Origin: an uncultured Rickettsiales bacterium
GTDB lineage: Bacteria; Pseudomonadota; Alphaproteobacteria; Micavibrionales; GCA-2720935
NCBI GenBank assembly: GCA_950054255.1
Contig: CATLOR010000001.1
Span: forward strand, 839,589-903,588
Length of the DNA: 64,000 nt
Direction of reading: 5' to 3'
The position numbers and the translations under genes were made by a program. A model generated the notes under the pieces. It was given only the letters and a program-made list of their open reading frames with translations. It did no database searches and was not told the DNA's origin. Shown piece after piece: positions 52,780-62,219 of the stretch; the stretch's first letter is position 1, and the number at the start of each line of letters is the position of its first letter.

Positions 52780-53553
52780 TTTGGCTCTTGGACGCGCTTC
52801 TAAAAAATGATGTCTGATGAATTTTAGGCATTGGCTCATATCTTTGAAACGCTGGTATTTGCCTGTCTTTTTACGTATGTTAAGCTGAGAAACAGAAGGA
52901 AAGTCAAGATGATCTCTGAGTGGGATATGATAGGCATGCATGCCTGCATGTAACGCAGGATTGATATCCGCTGTTGCTTTATCACCAATCATAATGACAT
53001 CATCCGCTTTAATTTTATTGGCGTTTAAAAAGGCTTGATATGTTTCCGTATTCTTTCTTGGTACAACGATCACGCGTTCAAATTTATCTTGTATATGGCT
53101 TGGTAAAGATAAGAACTTTTCAGTTTGCCAATCTTGGTGACCCTGTGTGAAGACGATTAAATGTATTGGTTTTTTATAAAGGCGCATTTTACGTGTAAAG
53201 GACTCTAAGGCATCTTCAATCCCTTGTTTTAAAGGAGGAACCATCGTGAAGGCTTCTTGAGAAATTGCATGTAATGTTTCTATTTGCGTATCTGTTAAAG
53301 CGCTCTGTGTGCATAATTCAGCAGCATTTATAATGCTCTTTGAAGCAACTTCCTCAGATGAGAGTTTTTGTTTTTTATAACTATTTCTGTATGCAATACT
53401 TGCATGTCTAAAATCGCTGTAAGATTGAGAGAGAGGACCGAATGTTTTTTCTAGATAATTATAGGCATTTTTGCGCACAACATCGTAAACTGACTTTGTG
53501 TCAATTAATGTGTCATCCATATCAAATAAAATGTAAAGAGGCCCTGTTTTCAT
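52762..53553 (-). CDS. HAD-superfamily hydrolase
   Basis: Motif I LFDMDDTLIDT and motif IV GDKATADI. Its 3' end overlaps argS by 18 nt (convergent). Confidence 0.7.
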   Translation of the reverse strand: MKTGPLYILFDMDDTLIDTKSVYDVVRKNAYNYLEKTFGPLSQSYSDFRHASIAYRNSYKKQKLSSEEVASKSIINAAELCTQSALTDTQIETLHAISQEAFTMVPPLKQGIEDALESFTRKMRLYKKPIHLIVFTQGHQDWQTEKFLSLPSHIQDKFERVIVVPRKNTETYQAFLNANKIKADDVIMIGDKATADINPALHAGMHAYHIPLRDHLDFPSVSQLNIRKKTGKYQRFKDMSQCLKFIRHHFLEARPRAKLRHRL

Positions 53554-53592
53554 AATTTAAAGATAGTACATAGATATTCTTAATTATTCAAT

Positions 53593-53626
53593 AAAAAAAG
53601 CCAGTGATTAAAATCGCTGGCTTTTT
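53593..53626 (-). terminator. Rho-independent terminator after rplS
   Basis: Minus strand: AAAAAGCCAGCGATTTTAATCACTGGCTTTTTTT. The stem is GCCAG(C/T)GATT / AATC(A/G)CTGGC, followed by T7. Confidence 0.7.
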
Positions 53627-53642
53627 AAAATTCTTATGAAGC

Positions 53643-54047
53643 TTATGCTTTTTTCTTTTCTGGTCTTTTCTCTATACCGTGACCTGTTGTTCTCTCACGG
53701 ATACGAGCAGATTTACCACGACGATCACGTAAGTAGTAAAGCTTAGAACGACGAACCGCACCACGACGGACTACTTCAATAGAGTCTAGGCGAGGTGAGT
53801 ATAATGGGAAGATACGTTCAACACCTTCACCATAGCTAATTTTACGAACTGTGAAAGAAGCGTTGATATCTGTACCGTTTGATTTAGCAATACATACACC
53901 TTCAAAAGCCTGAATACGCTCACGCTCACCTTCTTTTACTTTTACGTTTACGCGCAGCGTATCACCTGTATCAAATGCAGGGATTTCTTTTCCTTCAGTA
54001 ACGCGTGTAATTTCTTCACTGTTAATTTGATCAATAATATTAGTCAT
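53643..54047 (-). CDS. rplS: 50S ribosomal protein L19
   Basis: Start set at MTNIIDQI (54047). [30 protein letters not shown]...[14 protein letters not shown]. Confidence 0.9.
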   Translation of the reverse strand: MTNIIDQINSEEITRVTEGKEIPAFDTGDTLRVNVKVKEGERERIQAFEGVCIAKSNGTDINASFTVRKISYGEGVERIFPLYSPRLDSIEVVRRGAVRRSKLYYLRDRRGKSARIRERTTGHGIEKRPEKKKA

Positions 54048-54214
54048 TGTTTTTTCCGTTTCTTTCCGCAAAGAGGGCTATACCAAGCTGGACAATTTTA
54101 ACACTATCAGGGTGCAGCCATTCACTAAAAATATATTATTTTTAACTACGAGCGCTTTTGTACCTCAAAAACATAGAGGAATGCAAGTGTTATCTGAATA
54201 AAAAGAGGTAAAAA

Positions 54215-54895
54215 TTACTTCAAAAGGTCGGGGCGACGTTCTTTTGTTAGTTTTAAGGATTGCTCTTCACGCCATTGTTTGATTTTTTGGTGATTGCCAC
54301 TTGCTAAAACATCAGGGACAGCGTGTGTTTCGCCCTGAGGATCTGTCCAAACTGCGGGGCGTGTATAATGCGGGTATTCGAGTAAGTTATTCTCAAAACT
54401 TTCTTCTGATGTTGTTTCATCATTTCCTAGAACATCAGGGCGCAAACGAATAACGGCATCAAGTAGAACATAGGCGGCCATTTCGCCTCCTGTTAAAACG
54501 TAATCACCAATACTAATTTCTTCAAAACCACACCCATCTAAGACGCGTTGGTCAACCCCTTCATAGCGCCCACATAAAAGGGTTAGATTGTCTTCCTGTG
54601 CGAGTTCTTTGACAAGTGTTTGGTCTAAAACGCGACCACGAGGGGAGAGGTAAATGGCACGTCCTGGTGTTTTGATTGATTGATATGCGTTGCCAATCAC
54701 ATCGGCTTTCATCACCATACCAGCGCCACCACCATAAGGCGTGTCGTCAACGGTATTGTGTTTATCAAGAGTGAAGTCACGAATTTGTATTGTATTAAGC
54801 GCCCATTTCTTTTCTTTGAGCGCACGTCCTGTGATACTAGCACCCAGAGGGCCAGGGAATAACTCAGGAAATAACGTTAGAACATTAATATTCAT
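54215..54895 (-). CDS. trmD: tRNA (guanine37-N1)-methyltransferase
   Basis: 226 aa; VLTLFPELFPG, DDTPYGGGAGMVM, LLCGRYEGVDQRV, SIGDYVLTGGE. Confidence 0.95.
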   Translation of the reverse strand: MNINVLTLFPELFPGPLGASITGRALKEKKWALNTIQIRDFTLDKHNTVDDTPYGGGAGMVMKADVIGNAYQSIKTPGRAIYLSPRGRVLDQTLVKELAQEDNLTLLCGRYEGVDQRVLDGCGFEEISIGDYVLTGGEMAAYVLLDAVIRLRPDVLGNDETTSEESFENNLLEYPHYTRPAVWTDPQGETHAVPDVLASGNHQKIKQWREEQSLKLTKERRPDLLK

Positions 54896-54896
54896 C

Positions 54897-55277
54897 CTAA
54901 GGTTTTAGGCTTCTTTTCACTCTTTGTAAAGACGTTGTGATGCGTTGTTTAAGTGGTCTTTTGATTTTTAACTTAAGAGCATCTAAATCAGGAAGGTCTT
55001 TGAAGGTGTAATCGAGTTCAAAATCCGTAAAGGCTTTTTTGATTTCATCAGACGTCATCGTTTCATTCCCTAAAAGAGAGCAAATATTACGTCTTGCTTT
55101 ATCAAATTCTTCTTTGTCTTTCTCGTTAATCGCCTTTTGCAATTCCAATCCTAAGGTGCAGAATAAGATTTTGAATTGTGAAAAAGAGGAGTCTTCTTGA
55201 ACAAGCTTTGCTTGGCCAACATGTGTAATTGTAACTATTCGGCCTCTATTAAGGCGATTTTGAATTTGATAAGCCAT
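54897..55277 (-). CDS. Hypothetical protein (126 aa), orphan inserted in the trmD operon
   Basis: ORF only, packed 1 nt from the trmD start and 2 nt from the upstream ORF. Basic C-terminus. No recognisable domain. Confidence 0.5.
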   Translation of the reverse strand: MAYQIQNRLNRGRIVTITHVGQAKLVQEDSSFSQFKILFCTLGLELQKAINEKDKEEFDKARRNICSLLGNETMTSDEIKKAFTDFELDYTFKDLPDLDALKLKIKRPLKQRITTSLQRVKRSLKP

Positions 55278-55279
55278 TT

Positions 55280-55840
55280 TTATGCGAACTCTGGGAACAT
55301 GAATTTTTTAAAGGCACGTTGATGGCCAAATGCTAAGAATTCTAGATGTGAACGCATTGTGTTCATGCCTGTATCTGCGGCGTTATACATTTGATCAAGC
55401 TCTTTTTCAAAACTTAGATAATGCATCAGAGAAACAATTTCTTCTTGCGGATGCGCTAAGCTTGATATTGATGTATCTGTATCAGCAGAAAATAATGTGT
55501 CATCAAAAATTTGATTGATCGCAATTTGGTGGCTTGCGATTAAAAATTTTAGATTAAGAGAGCGCGGCAATGTTGTACGTTCTTTTCCTAATGCCATATC
55601 GATAAAATCTAGGGCAAATGACGCAAGATCATTGAACATATTTTTGAGCTTTTGCTTAAAGCCATATCCGTTACAGTATTCCTTGTATGCATTGGCAAGT
55701 GCTTTTACATGAGGGTGTATTTGTTCTCTCACATCGTGAAGATATGGACGGCTGGTCACAATACCATATTCGTTGCAGATCATTAAGCGTGGGGCTGATG
55801 TTATTGGATCATTCTCTATAAAATAGTCAAAATTGGACAC
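55280..55840 (-). CDS. Hypothetical protein (186 aa), orphan inserted in the trmD operon
   Basis: ORF only, probably helical, with no TM segment or signal peptide. It is preceded by the near-consensus promoter below. Confidence 0.5.
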   Translation of the reverse strand: MSNFDYFIENDPITSAPRLMICNEYGIVTSRPYLHDVREQIHPHVKALANAYKEYCNGYGFKQKLKNMFNDLASFALDFIDMALGKERTTLPRSLNLKFLIASHQIAINQIFDDTLFSADTDTSISSLAHPQEEIVSLMHYLSFEKELDQMYNAADTGMNTMRSHLEFLAFGHQRAFKKFMFPEFA

Positions 55841-55883
55841 CGTTTTTTCTCCGTATTATTATTCATAAATAGATTAGAGAGGG

Positions 55884-55912
55884 ACTATATAAAGCTTTTA
55901 TTTTTATGTCAA
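55884..55912 (-). promoter_or_regulatory. Near-consensus sigma70-type promoter inside the rimM-trmD interval
   Basis: Minus strand: TTGACA (55912-55907, abutting the rimM stop codon), 17-nt spacer, TATAGT (55889-55884). Confidence 0.6.
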
Positions 55913-56428
55913 TTACTTTTCTAGAAAAACTTCGTGATTTACCAAAATGATATGATCTTCATTGATTTCGGGCACGAAATCCTTTGTAAAAGGGATCATA
56001 AAGTTTTTCCCTGTTGTGGGTTTTATTTCTAAGATATCGCTTGCTCCAAAATTATGAACAGCTTTTATCAGGCCAATTTCTTGACCGTCTTTTGTTAGGG
56101 CAGAGAGTGAGATCAAATCTTCATAGTAAAAAGTGTTGCTGTCTTCAAGTTCGTCAAACTGTTCTCTGGGGATAAAGAGTTCGAGCTTAGGAAGAGATTC
56201 AATCGCTGTACGATCAGGGTATCCTTCGATGCGCACAAGCCAGAAGTTTTTTTGCATGCGCTCTTTCTTTAATTGGTATTCTTTTCCTTTTGAATCGAAT
56301 AAAGGGCCTTTTTGATCAATCAAAGAAGGGTCTTCGCCGTAAAAAAAGAATTTTGCATGGCCTTTAACGCCATGTGGGCCGGCAAGCCGACCCACTGCGA
56401 TCATATGATTATCTGAGTTTTTACTCAT
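55913..56428 (-). CDS. rimM: 16S rRNA processing protein RimM
   Basis: Start trimmed to ATG 56428 (MSKNSDNHMIAVGRLAGPHGVKGH...), 10 nt after the rpsP stop. Has a C-terminal PRC-barrel. The K-rich N-terminal extension in the ORF track overlaps rpsP out of frame. Confidence 0.85.
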   Translation of the reverse strand: MSKNSDNHMIAVGRLAGPHGVKGHAKFFFYGEDPSLIDQKGPLFDSKGKEYQLKKERMQKNFWLVRIEGYPDRTAIESLPKLELFIPREQFDELEDSNTFYYEDLISLSALTKDGQEIGLIKAVHNFGASDILEIKPTTGKNFMIPFTKDFVPEINEDHIILVNHEVFLEK

Positions 56429-56438
56429 AGGGGTATGA

Positions 56439-56891
56439 TTACTCAGCTTTTGTTTCTTCTTCAGCTGGTGCTTCAGCAGTTGTTTCTTCAGCAGGTGCCG
56501 CAGCCGCAGCAGCTGCTTCCGCTTTTGCTTCTTCTTCAGCCGCTTTACGAGCTTCTTCTTTTTCGATGCGTTCTTTAGCACGCTCAACAGCAGCTGCTTT
56601 AGGTTTCGCTTTTTGTGGGTTGTTACCTTGTTCAGGCATCTCAGCAACACCAGCTTTACCTAAGAAAATAGCAACACGGTCAGTTGGTTGTGCACCAACG
56701 CCTAACCAGTATTTAGCACGCTCAGCATTTAAAACAACACGGTTTTCGTCGTCTTTAGCAAGCATTGGGTTGTATGTTCCTAATTTTTCTAGGAAACGAC
56801 CATCACGTGGTGAACGCTCGTCCGCCGCAACGATCCAGTAGAAAGGTCTCTTTTTCGCACCGTGACGTGCAAGTCTTAATTTAACAGCCAT
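56439..56891 (-). CDS. rpsP: 30S ribosomal protein S16 with A/E/K-rich C-terminal extension
   Basis: [42 protein letters not shown], then a ~60-aa Ala/Glu/Lys-rich tail. Confidence 0.9.
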   Translation of the reverse strand: MAVKLRLARHGAKKRPFYWIVAADERSPRDGRFLEKLGTYNPMLAKDDENRVVLNAERAKYWLGVGAQPTDRVAIFLGKAGVAEMPEQGNNPQKAKPKAAAVERAKERIEKEEARKAAEEEAKAEAAAAAAAPAEETTAEAPAEEETKAE

Positions 56892-56946
56892 AATATATTC
56901 TCCTTATTTGTTTATGCTCTTGTTACATTAATTATTTAATTTGCCC

Positions 56947-58488
56947 TTATTTTTTGGGAGGAAGGCCTGATAATGGACCTAACCCAGCCAATGGATCCTT
57001 TCCACCGGCCAAAGGGCTTTGACCAGCAAAAGGGTTGTCTAATGGCATGTCGCCATCAGCACCAAATTGTTTTTCTAATTTTTTTAATTCCTCAGCATTT
57101 GGCATATCGCCCATCATGCCTGCAAGGTCACCCATGCCTTTGCCGCCCATGAGTCCTTTTAAAGCACTCATCATGCCTTTGCCGCCCATTTTTTTCATCT
57201 TTTTCATCATGCCAGCCATTTGTTGGTGCTGTTTTAGCACGCGGTTGACTTCAGAAACTTGGACACCAGCACCATTGGCAATACGCTTGCGACGTGAGCC
57301 ATTAATCATTTTAGGTAGTTCGCGCTCTTTGTGAGTCATAGATAAGATGATTGCTTCTTGTTTCTTGAGTAAAGAGTCATCAACATTTGCATCATTCATC
57401 ATGCCTTTTAATTTTCCCATACCTGGAAGCATTCCCATCATGCCACCGATACCGCCCATTTTGTTCATTTGACGAATTTGAGAAAGGAAGTCATTTAAAT
57501 CAAATTGACCTTTTTTGAATTTCTCAGCCATTTTAGCGGCTTCTTCACGATCAAAGGTTTCTGCAGCTTTCTCAACAAGGGAAACGACATCTCCCATATC
57601 TAAGATGCGACCAGCAATACGTTCAGGTTGGAAAGGCTCTAGCCCTTCAAGCTTTTCACTCACACCGATAAATTTTAAAGGCTTACCAGTTACGGCGCGC
57701 ATAGAAAGGGCAGCACCACCACGAGCATCACCGTCCATACGGGTAAGCATAATTCCTGTGATGCCAATTTTTTCATCAAAGTTACGAGCAACCTCAACAG
57801 CATCTTGCCCTGTCATCGCATCGGCAACGAGAAGCGTTTCTACTGGTTTAGCTAAAGAAGATATCTCTTTGACTTCACTCATTAACTCTTCATTAATTGA
57901 GAGACGTCCTGCTGTATCAAGGAAGACAACATCATAGCCTTCTTTGCGCCCACGCTCTAATGCACGTTTTGTAATCTCTATTGGGGTTTGAGCTTTGATA
58001 ATTTCTAAATTATCGACACCTACTTGATCTCCAAGCATAGCGAGTTGTTCTTGCGCAGCAGGGCGTTGTGTATCAAGAGAGGCAAGAAGAACTTTCTTTT
58101 TCTCTTTATCTTTTAAACGTTTGGCCAGTTTTCCCGTGCTTGTTGTCTTACCACCCCCTTGTAAACCGACCATAAGGATGATTGCAGGTGGTGTTGTTTT
58201 TAAATTAAGAGCGGCTTCTTCGCTGTCACCTAACATCGCAGCGAGCTCATCATGGACAATTTTTACGATTTGTTGACCAGGTGTGACAGAACGCAGAACT
58301 TCTTGTCCAACAGCTTTTTCTTTAATTTGAGCAATAACATCTTTAACAACAGGAAGCGCAACGTCAGCCTCAAGCAAGGCGATACGAATCTCGCGCATGG
58401 CAGACATAACATCATTTTCAGATAGGGCACCGCGACGTTTTAATTTTTCAAAAACATTACCGAGTTTATCTGTTAAATTTTCAAACAT
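56947..58488 (-). CDS. ffh: Signal recognition particle protein Ffh
   Basis: 513 aa. NG domain (GLQGGGKTTSTGKLA, DTAGR) and Met-rich M domain, plus a Gly/Met/Pro-rich C-terminal tail. Confidence 0.95.
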   Translation of the reverse strand: MFENLTDKLGNVFEKLKRRGALSENDVMSAMREIRIALLEADVALPVVKDVIAQIKEKAVGQEVLRSVTPGQQIVKIVHDELAAMLGDSEEAALNLKTTPPAIILMVGLQGGGKTTSTGKLAKRLKDKEKKKVLLASLDTQRPAAQEQLAMLGDQVGVDNLEIIKAQTPIEITKRALERGRKEGYDVVFLDTAGRLSINEELMSEVKEISSLAKPVETLLVADAMTGQDAVEVARNFDEKIGITGIMLTRMDGDARGGAALSMRAVTGKPLKFIGVSEKLEGLEPFQPERIAGRILDMGDVVSLVEKAAETFDREEAAKMAEKFKKGQFDLNDFLSQIRQMNKMGGIGGMMGMLPGMGKLKGMMNDANVDDSLLKKQEAIILSMTHKERELPKMINGSRRKRIANGAGVQVSEVNRVLKQHQQMAGMMKKMKKMGGKGMMSALKGLMGGKGMGDLAGMMGDMPNAEELKKLEKQFGADGDMPLDNPFAGQSPLAGGKDPLAGLGPLSGLPPKK

Positions 58489-58754
58489 TTACTGTTCTTC
58501 CTTTTCCTCAAAATGGCTCTAAAGCATTTCACACCAGTGAGCGAAACTCGCCGACTGATGGACATCCTTGGACGCTTTTAAAACCAGTTTTTGTAATGAG
58601 GTTTTTAATACAAAGTCCTATATTTAGCGCCTTTATAATAGAGAAAACATCACTTTGTCAAGATCTTAGAAATATTTTTTACAGATTAACTTTTTCATAA
58701 TTCTTGATGTGTATACTCAGCCTTACATAGTGTAGAGATTTTAATAGGAGTGTT

Positions 58755-59207
58755 ATGTCAGAATTTAATCAAACACAACAAGATTTACGCAAACTAGATA
58801 TGGATCTGAGACGATTTCGTATGGCTTTGGAGTTAGGTCAAAAACCAGATGCAAAAGTGGTTTTGAAGATGAATTCTTTGTTAGAGGCTGGAACTGAAGC
58901 CGTTAAAAAAAGCTTTGAGAGCTTATCAGAAGTTATGAATGGAGAGCAGGTTCAAAATGCGATGCGTGAAATTATGAAAGAATTTTATGTGGCACTTGAA
59001 AGTGATGCGTTTAAAGAGATGGTGCGACAAGAGCCTGAAAAAGCTCATATGTTAGAAGAGCAACGCCAAGCTTTCATTGATCAGTGGAAACCAGTTATTG
59101 GCGCCGAAGTCGCAGCAGAAGAAGATGCACGTCATAATGAACATCGCGTCATTGTCAGCCCGCGTCCAGCAGGCTATGCCCATAGATCACCAGCTAAAAA
59201 GCCATAA
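58755..59207 (+). CDS. Hypothetical protein (150 aa)
   Basis: ORF only, helical and charged, with no recognisable domain. Confidence 0.45.
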   Translation: MSEFNQTQQDLRKLDMDLRRFRMALELGQKPDAKVVLKMNSLLEAGTEAVKKSFESLSEVMNGEQVQNAMREIMKEFYVALESDAFKEMVRQEPEKAHMLEEQRQAFIDQWKPVIGAEVAAEEDARHNEHRVIVSPRPAGYAHRSPAKKP

Positions 59208-59220
59208 GGAAGATTATTTG

Positions 59221-59658
59221 ATGAGATTAGAACAAGAAACCAGACAAAATAAAAAAGCTCCTATTTATTATGAAGGAATAGCAACGGTAATTAAGCGTGT
59301 AGAGGAATCTCTTGAGAAAAAGGGGGCGAAAGTATCTGGCGCTGATTTAGACAGAATACGTAATTTTCTTGTAGAAAGTGATCGTTTTAATCAATTAGAC
59401 CGTGCCGAGGATAAAGGAACACCGATATCTAAGATTTTTAACAGAATAGAGCGTCAGGGGTGTGAATATATGGCTTTTAAAGCTGTTGGTGCATTTTTAA
59501 AGAACCCTAATGTTATGTTGCTGACACGTAATAATCCAAGTGCGTTTATGACCATGCAATCACTTGTTGGTTTTTCTAAAAAAATATCTAAGCTACTAGG
59601 TAAGGATGCACCTAAGGCGCAGCCTAAAAAAGGATCACCTCGTACAGGGCTTCATTAA
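59221..59658 (+). CDS. Hypothetical protein (145 aa)
   Basis: Start trimmed to ATG 59221 (MRLEQETRQNKK...) to avoid overlap with the preceding ORF. Basic C-terminus. No recognisable domain. Confidence 0.45.
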   Translation: MRLEQETRQNKKAPIYYEGIATVIKRVEESLEKKGAKVSGADLDRIRNFLVESDRFNQLDRAEDKGTPISKIFNRIERQGCEYMAFKAVGAFLKNPNVMLLTRNNPSAFMTMQSLVGFSKKISKLLGKDAPKAQPKKGSPRTGLH

Positions 59659-59719
59659 TCGGCGTTAAATGTGAAAAAAGACTCACCTTTTGAGGCTGTT
59701 TTGTGTTACATAAGACGGC

Positions 59720-60988
59720 ATGACAACGCATGAAAAATCAAAAGACTCTATAGAGCTAATGACGTTTGGCTGTCGACTTAATATTTATGAGTCAGAAGTC
59801 ATGAAAACACATGCGCGCGAAGCAGGTCTTGAAAATACAATTATTGTAAATACATGCGCAGTGACGAGTGAAGCTGAACGTTCAGCGCGCCAAGCAATCC
59901 GCCGGGCGCGAAAAGAAAATCCTGAGGCTAAAATTATTGTCACAGGCTGTGCGGCGCAAGTCCATCCTGAGAAATTTTCTGAGATGAAAGAGGTCGACCG
60001 CATTATCGGGAATGACTTGAAGCTCAAGGCAGAGAGTTGGGGGCTGGAGAAACAAGACCGCGTTGAGGTCAATGATATTATGGCTGTGAAAGAAACAGCG
60101 AGCCATTTGATTAGTGGATTTGACGATCATGCGAGAGCCTTTGTTCAAGTTCAAAATGGCTGTGACCATCGCTGTACATTTTGCATTATTCCTTATGGAC
60201 GCGGTAATTCGCGCTCTGTTCCCATTGGTGAAATTGTTGACCAAATTAAAACGTTGGTAAAGCAAGGCTATCATGAAGTTGTTTTAACGGGTGTGGATGT
60301 GACCTCTTATGGTGCAGACTTACCGGGACAGCCAGCGCTTGGGCAGATGATTAGACGATTGTTAGCTTTAGTGCCTGAGTTGAAACGTGTGCGCTTATCA
60401 TCGCTTGATCCTGTTGAAATTGATGATGATTTATGGGGGCTTATCGAGAAAGAGCCACGCCTCATGCCTCATCTCCATATGAGTTTGCAAGCGGGTGATG
60501 ATATGATCTTAAAACGTATGAAGCGTAGACATTTACGTGCTGATGCGATTGAAATGGCGCGCAGAGCAAAAGAATTGCGCCCTGATATTGTTTTTGGTGC
60601 CGATATTATTGCGGGATTTCCAACAGAAACAGATGAGATGTTTGAAAACTCGCTTGATATTATTAAAGCCTGTGAGTTGACTTATTTACATGTGTTTCCT
60701 TATTCCCCACGCCCAGGGACGCCTGCTGCTAAGATGCCTCAAGATAATGCCTCTAAGCGTAAAGAGCGTGCCGCACGGTTAAGAGCGCTTGGCAAAGAAC
60801 AAGAGAAAGCCTTGTTTGAGCGTCATATTGGGACTGTTGCTGAAATTGTGACAGAGAAGAATAATATGGGCCGCACACAGCATTTTATTCCGGTTTATCT
60901 CGTCGATGAAATTCAGCCAGGAAGCTTGGTAAAAGTTCGTTTGACCGGTTTAAATGAGAACGGTATGATAGGCGAACTAATCAAATAG
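59720..60988 (+). CDS. mtaB: MiaB-like radical SAM methylthiotransferase (MtaB type)
   Basis: 422 aa. UPF0004 N-domain (FGCRLNIYESE), radical SAM cluster CDHRCTFCIIP, and a C-terminal TRAM-like region. Confidence 0.85.
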   Translation: MTTHEKSKDSIELMTFGCRLNIYESEVMKTHAREAGLENTIIVNTCAVTSEAERSARQAIRRARKENPEAKIIVTGCAAQVHPEKFSEMKEVDRIIGNDLKLKAESWGLEKQDRVEVNDIMAVKETASHLISGFDDHARAFVQVQNGCDHRCTFCIIPYGRGNSRSVPIGEIVDQIKTLVKQGYHEVVLTGVDVTSYGADLPGQPALGQMIRRLLALVPELKRVRLSSLDPVEIDDDLWGLIEKEPRLMPHLHMSLQAGDDMILKRMKRRHLRADAIEMARRAKELRPDIVFGADIIAGFPTETDEMFENSLDIIKACELTYLHVFPYSPRPGTPAAKMPQDNASKRKERAARLRALGKEQEKALFERHIGTVAEIVTEKNNMGRTQHFIPVYLVDEIQPGSLVKVRLTGLNENGMIGELIK

Positions 60989-61021
60989 ATTCTAACTGAC
61001 CTTATAGGTGATATATAAAAC

Positions 61022-62200
61022 ATGGTTTGGTTTTTTAATAAAAATAAAAAAGACGACAAAAAACCGGAGCAAGAGGATGTGCAAGACCTCCCCTTGGTCG
61101 AAGAAGAGATTCTTGAAGAAGACGCGATAAGCGAAGAACCTGTTGAAGAGTTATCAAAGCCAGAAGATTTGCTTGAAACTACCGACGAAAACATCGAAGA
61201 GTCAAAAGAAGAAATTTTTGACCTGTCAGATGAAACACCTAAAGTTATTGAAGAAGAGCCTGAAGAGAAAAAGAGCTGGTTTGGACGCTTAACAGAGGGG
61301 TTATCAAAATCCTCAAATAAGATTACTTCTGGTATTTCATCTGTTTTAACAAAACGTAAGTTAGATGATGAGCTGATCGAAGAATTAGAAGAAATTCTAA
61401 TTATGGCTGATTTAGGTCCTAAAACGGCACATAAATTGGTTTCAGACTTGGCGAAAGATCGTTTTGGAAAAGACATTACCGATGTTGAAGTCAAACAAAT
61501 ATTAAGTGATATTGTTGCGGGGATTTTAGAACCTGTTGCAAAGCCTCTTAAAGTGAATGCAGAGCATAAACCGTTTGTTATTCTAATGGTTGGTGTAAAC
61601 GGTGCGGGTAAAACGACAACAATTGGTAAAATTGGCAATATTTTAAAGGCTGAGGGTAAGTCTGTGATGATGGCCGCTGGGGACACATTCCGTGCAGCCG
61701 CTATTGAGCAATTAACTGTTTGGGGCGAGCGATCAAATATTCCCGTATTTAGTAAAACAATCGGTTCGGATGCAGCAGCTCTAGCGTATGAAGCCTATGA
61801 AAAAGCAAAGGCGGATAATATTGATGTCTTGATTATAGATACAGCAGGACGTTTACAAAACAAAACAAATTTGATGGAAGAGTTAAGCAAGATTGTTCGT
61901 GTTTTGAAAAAACATGATGAAACAGCACCGCATGGACGATTGATCGTTTTAGATGCAACAACAGGTCAAAATGCGCATTCTCAAATTGATGCTTTTAAAC
62001 AAACAGTTGATTTAACAGGTCTTATAGTAACAAAGCTTGATGGCTCAGCAAAGGGGGGCGTGATTGTATCATTAGCGGATCAATTTGAACTCCCAATTCA
62101 TGCTGTCGGAGTAGGGGAATCTATTGAAGATTTAAAACCTTTTAAGGCACCCGATTTTGCAAGGTCATTAATGGGACTAGAAGATAAAGACGCAGTATAA
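61022..62200 (+). CDS. ftsY: Signal recognition particle receptor FtsY
   Basis: 392 aa. Acidic N-terminal A domain, then the NG domain (GVNGAGKTTTIGK, DTAGRLQNK, TKLDGSAKGG). Confidence 0.95.
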   Translation: MVWFFNKNKKDDKKPEQEDVQDLPLVEEEILEEDAISEEPVEELSKPEDLLETTDENIEESKEEIFDLSDETPKVIEEEPEEKKSWFGRLTEGLSKSSNKITSGISSVLTKRKLDDELIEELEEILIMADLGPKTAHKLVSDLAKDRFGKDITDVEVKQILSDIVAGILEPVAKPLKVNAEHKPFVILMVGVNGAGKTTTIGKIGNILKAEGKSVMMAAGDTFRAAAIEQLTVWGERSNIPVFSKTIGSDAAALAYEAYEKAKADNIDVLIIDTAGRLQNKTNLMEELSKIVRVLKKHDETAPHGRLIVLDATTGQNAHSQIDAFKQTVDLTGLIVTKLDGSAKGGVIVSLADQFELPIHAVGVGESIEDLKPFKAPDFARSLMGLEDKDAV

Positions 62201-62219
62201 GATAAGGATGTAAAAGATA

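Noticed and set aside
56429-56650. Lys/Leu-rich 74-aa N-terminal extension of the rimM ORF in the track
   Set aside because: It overlaps the rpsP C-terminal tail in another frame and is an artefact of the GCN/GAA/AAA-rich S16 tail. A proper ATG lies at 56428, 10 nt after the rpsP stop, and gives a normal-length RimM.
58536-58563. Small interrupted hairpin (CAGT-GA-GCGA-AAC-TCGC-CG-ACTG) in the ffh 5' region
   Set aside because: It has only 4+4 bp with an internal loop and no flanking U-tract or recognisable riboswitch/leader motif. That is too weak to call.
59077-59220. 48-codon upstream extension of the 145-aa ORF, overlapping the end of 58755-59207
   Set aside because: It overlaps the preceding ORF out of frame for 130 nt. 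ATG 59221, 11 nt after that ORF's stop, is the simpler start.
60913-61686. 257-aa minus-strand ORF overlapping the mtaB 3' end and the ftsY 5' half
   Set aside because: The product is Ser/Ile-rich and low-complexity. It is the antisense shadow of the acidic (GAA/GAAG-rich) FtsY A-domain. Both overlapping plus-strand genes have unambiguous homology, and the ORF has no RBS or recognisable domain.
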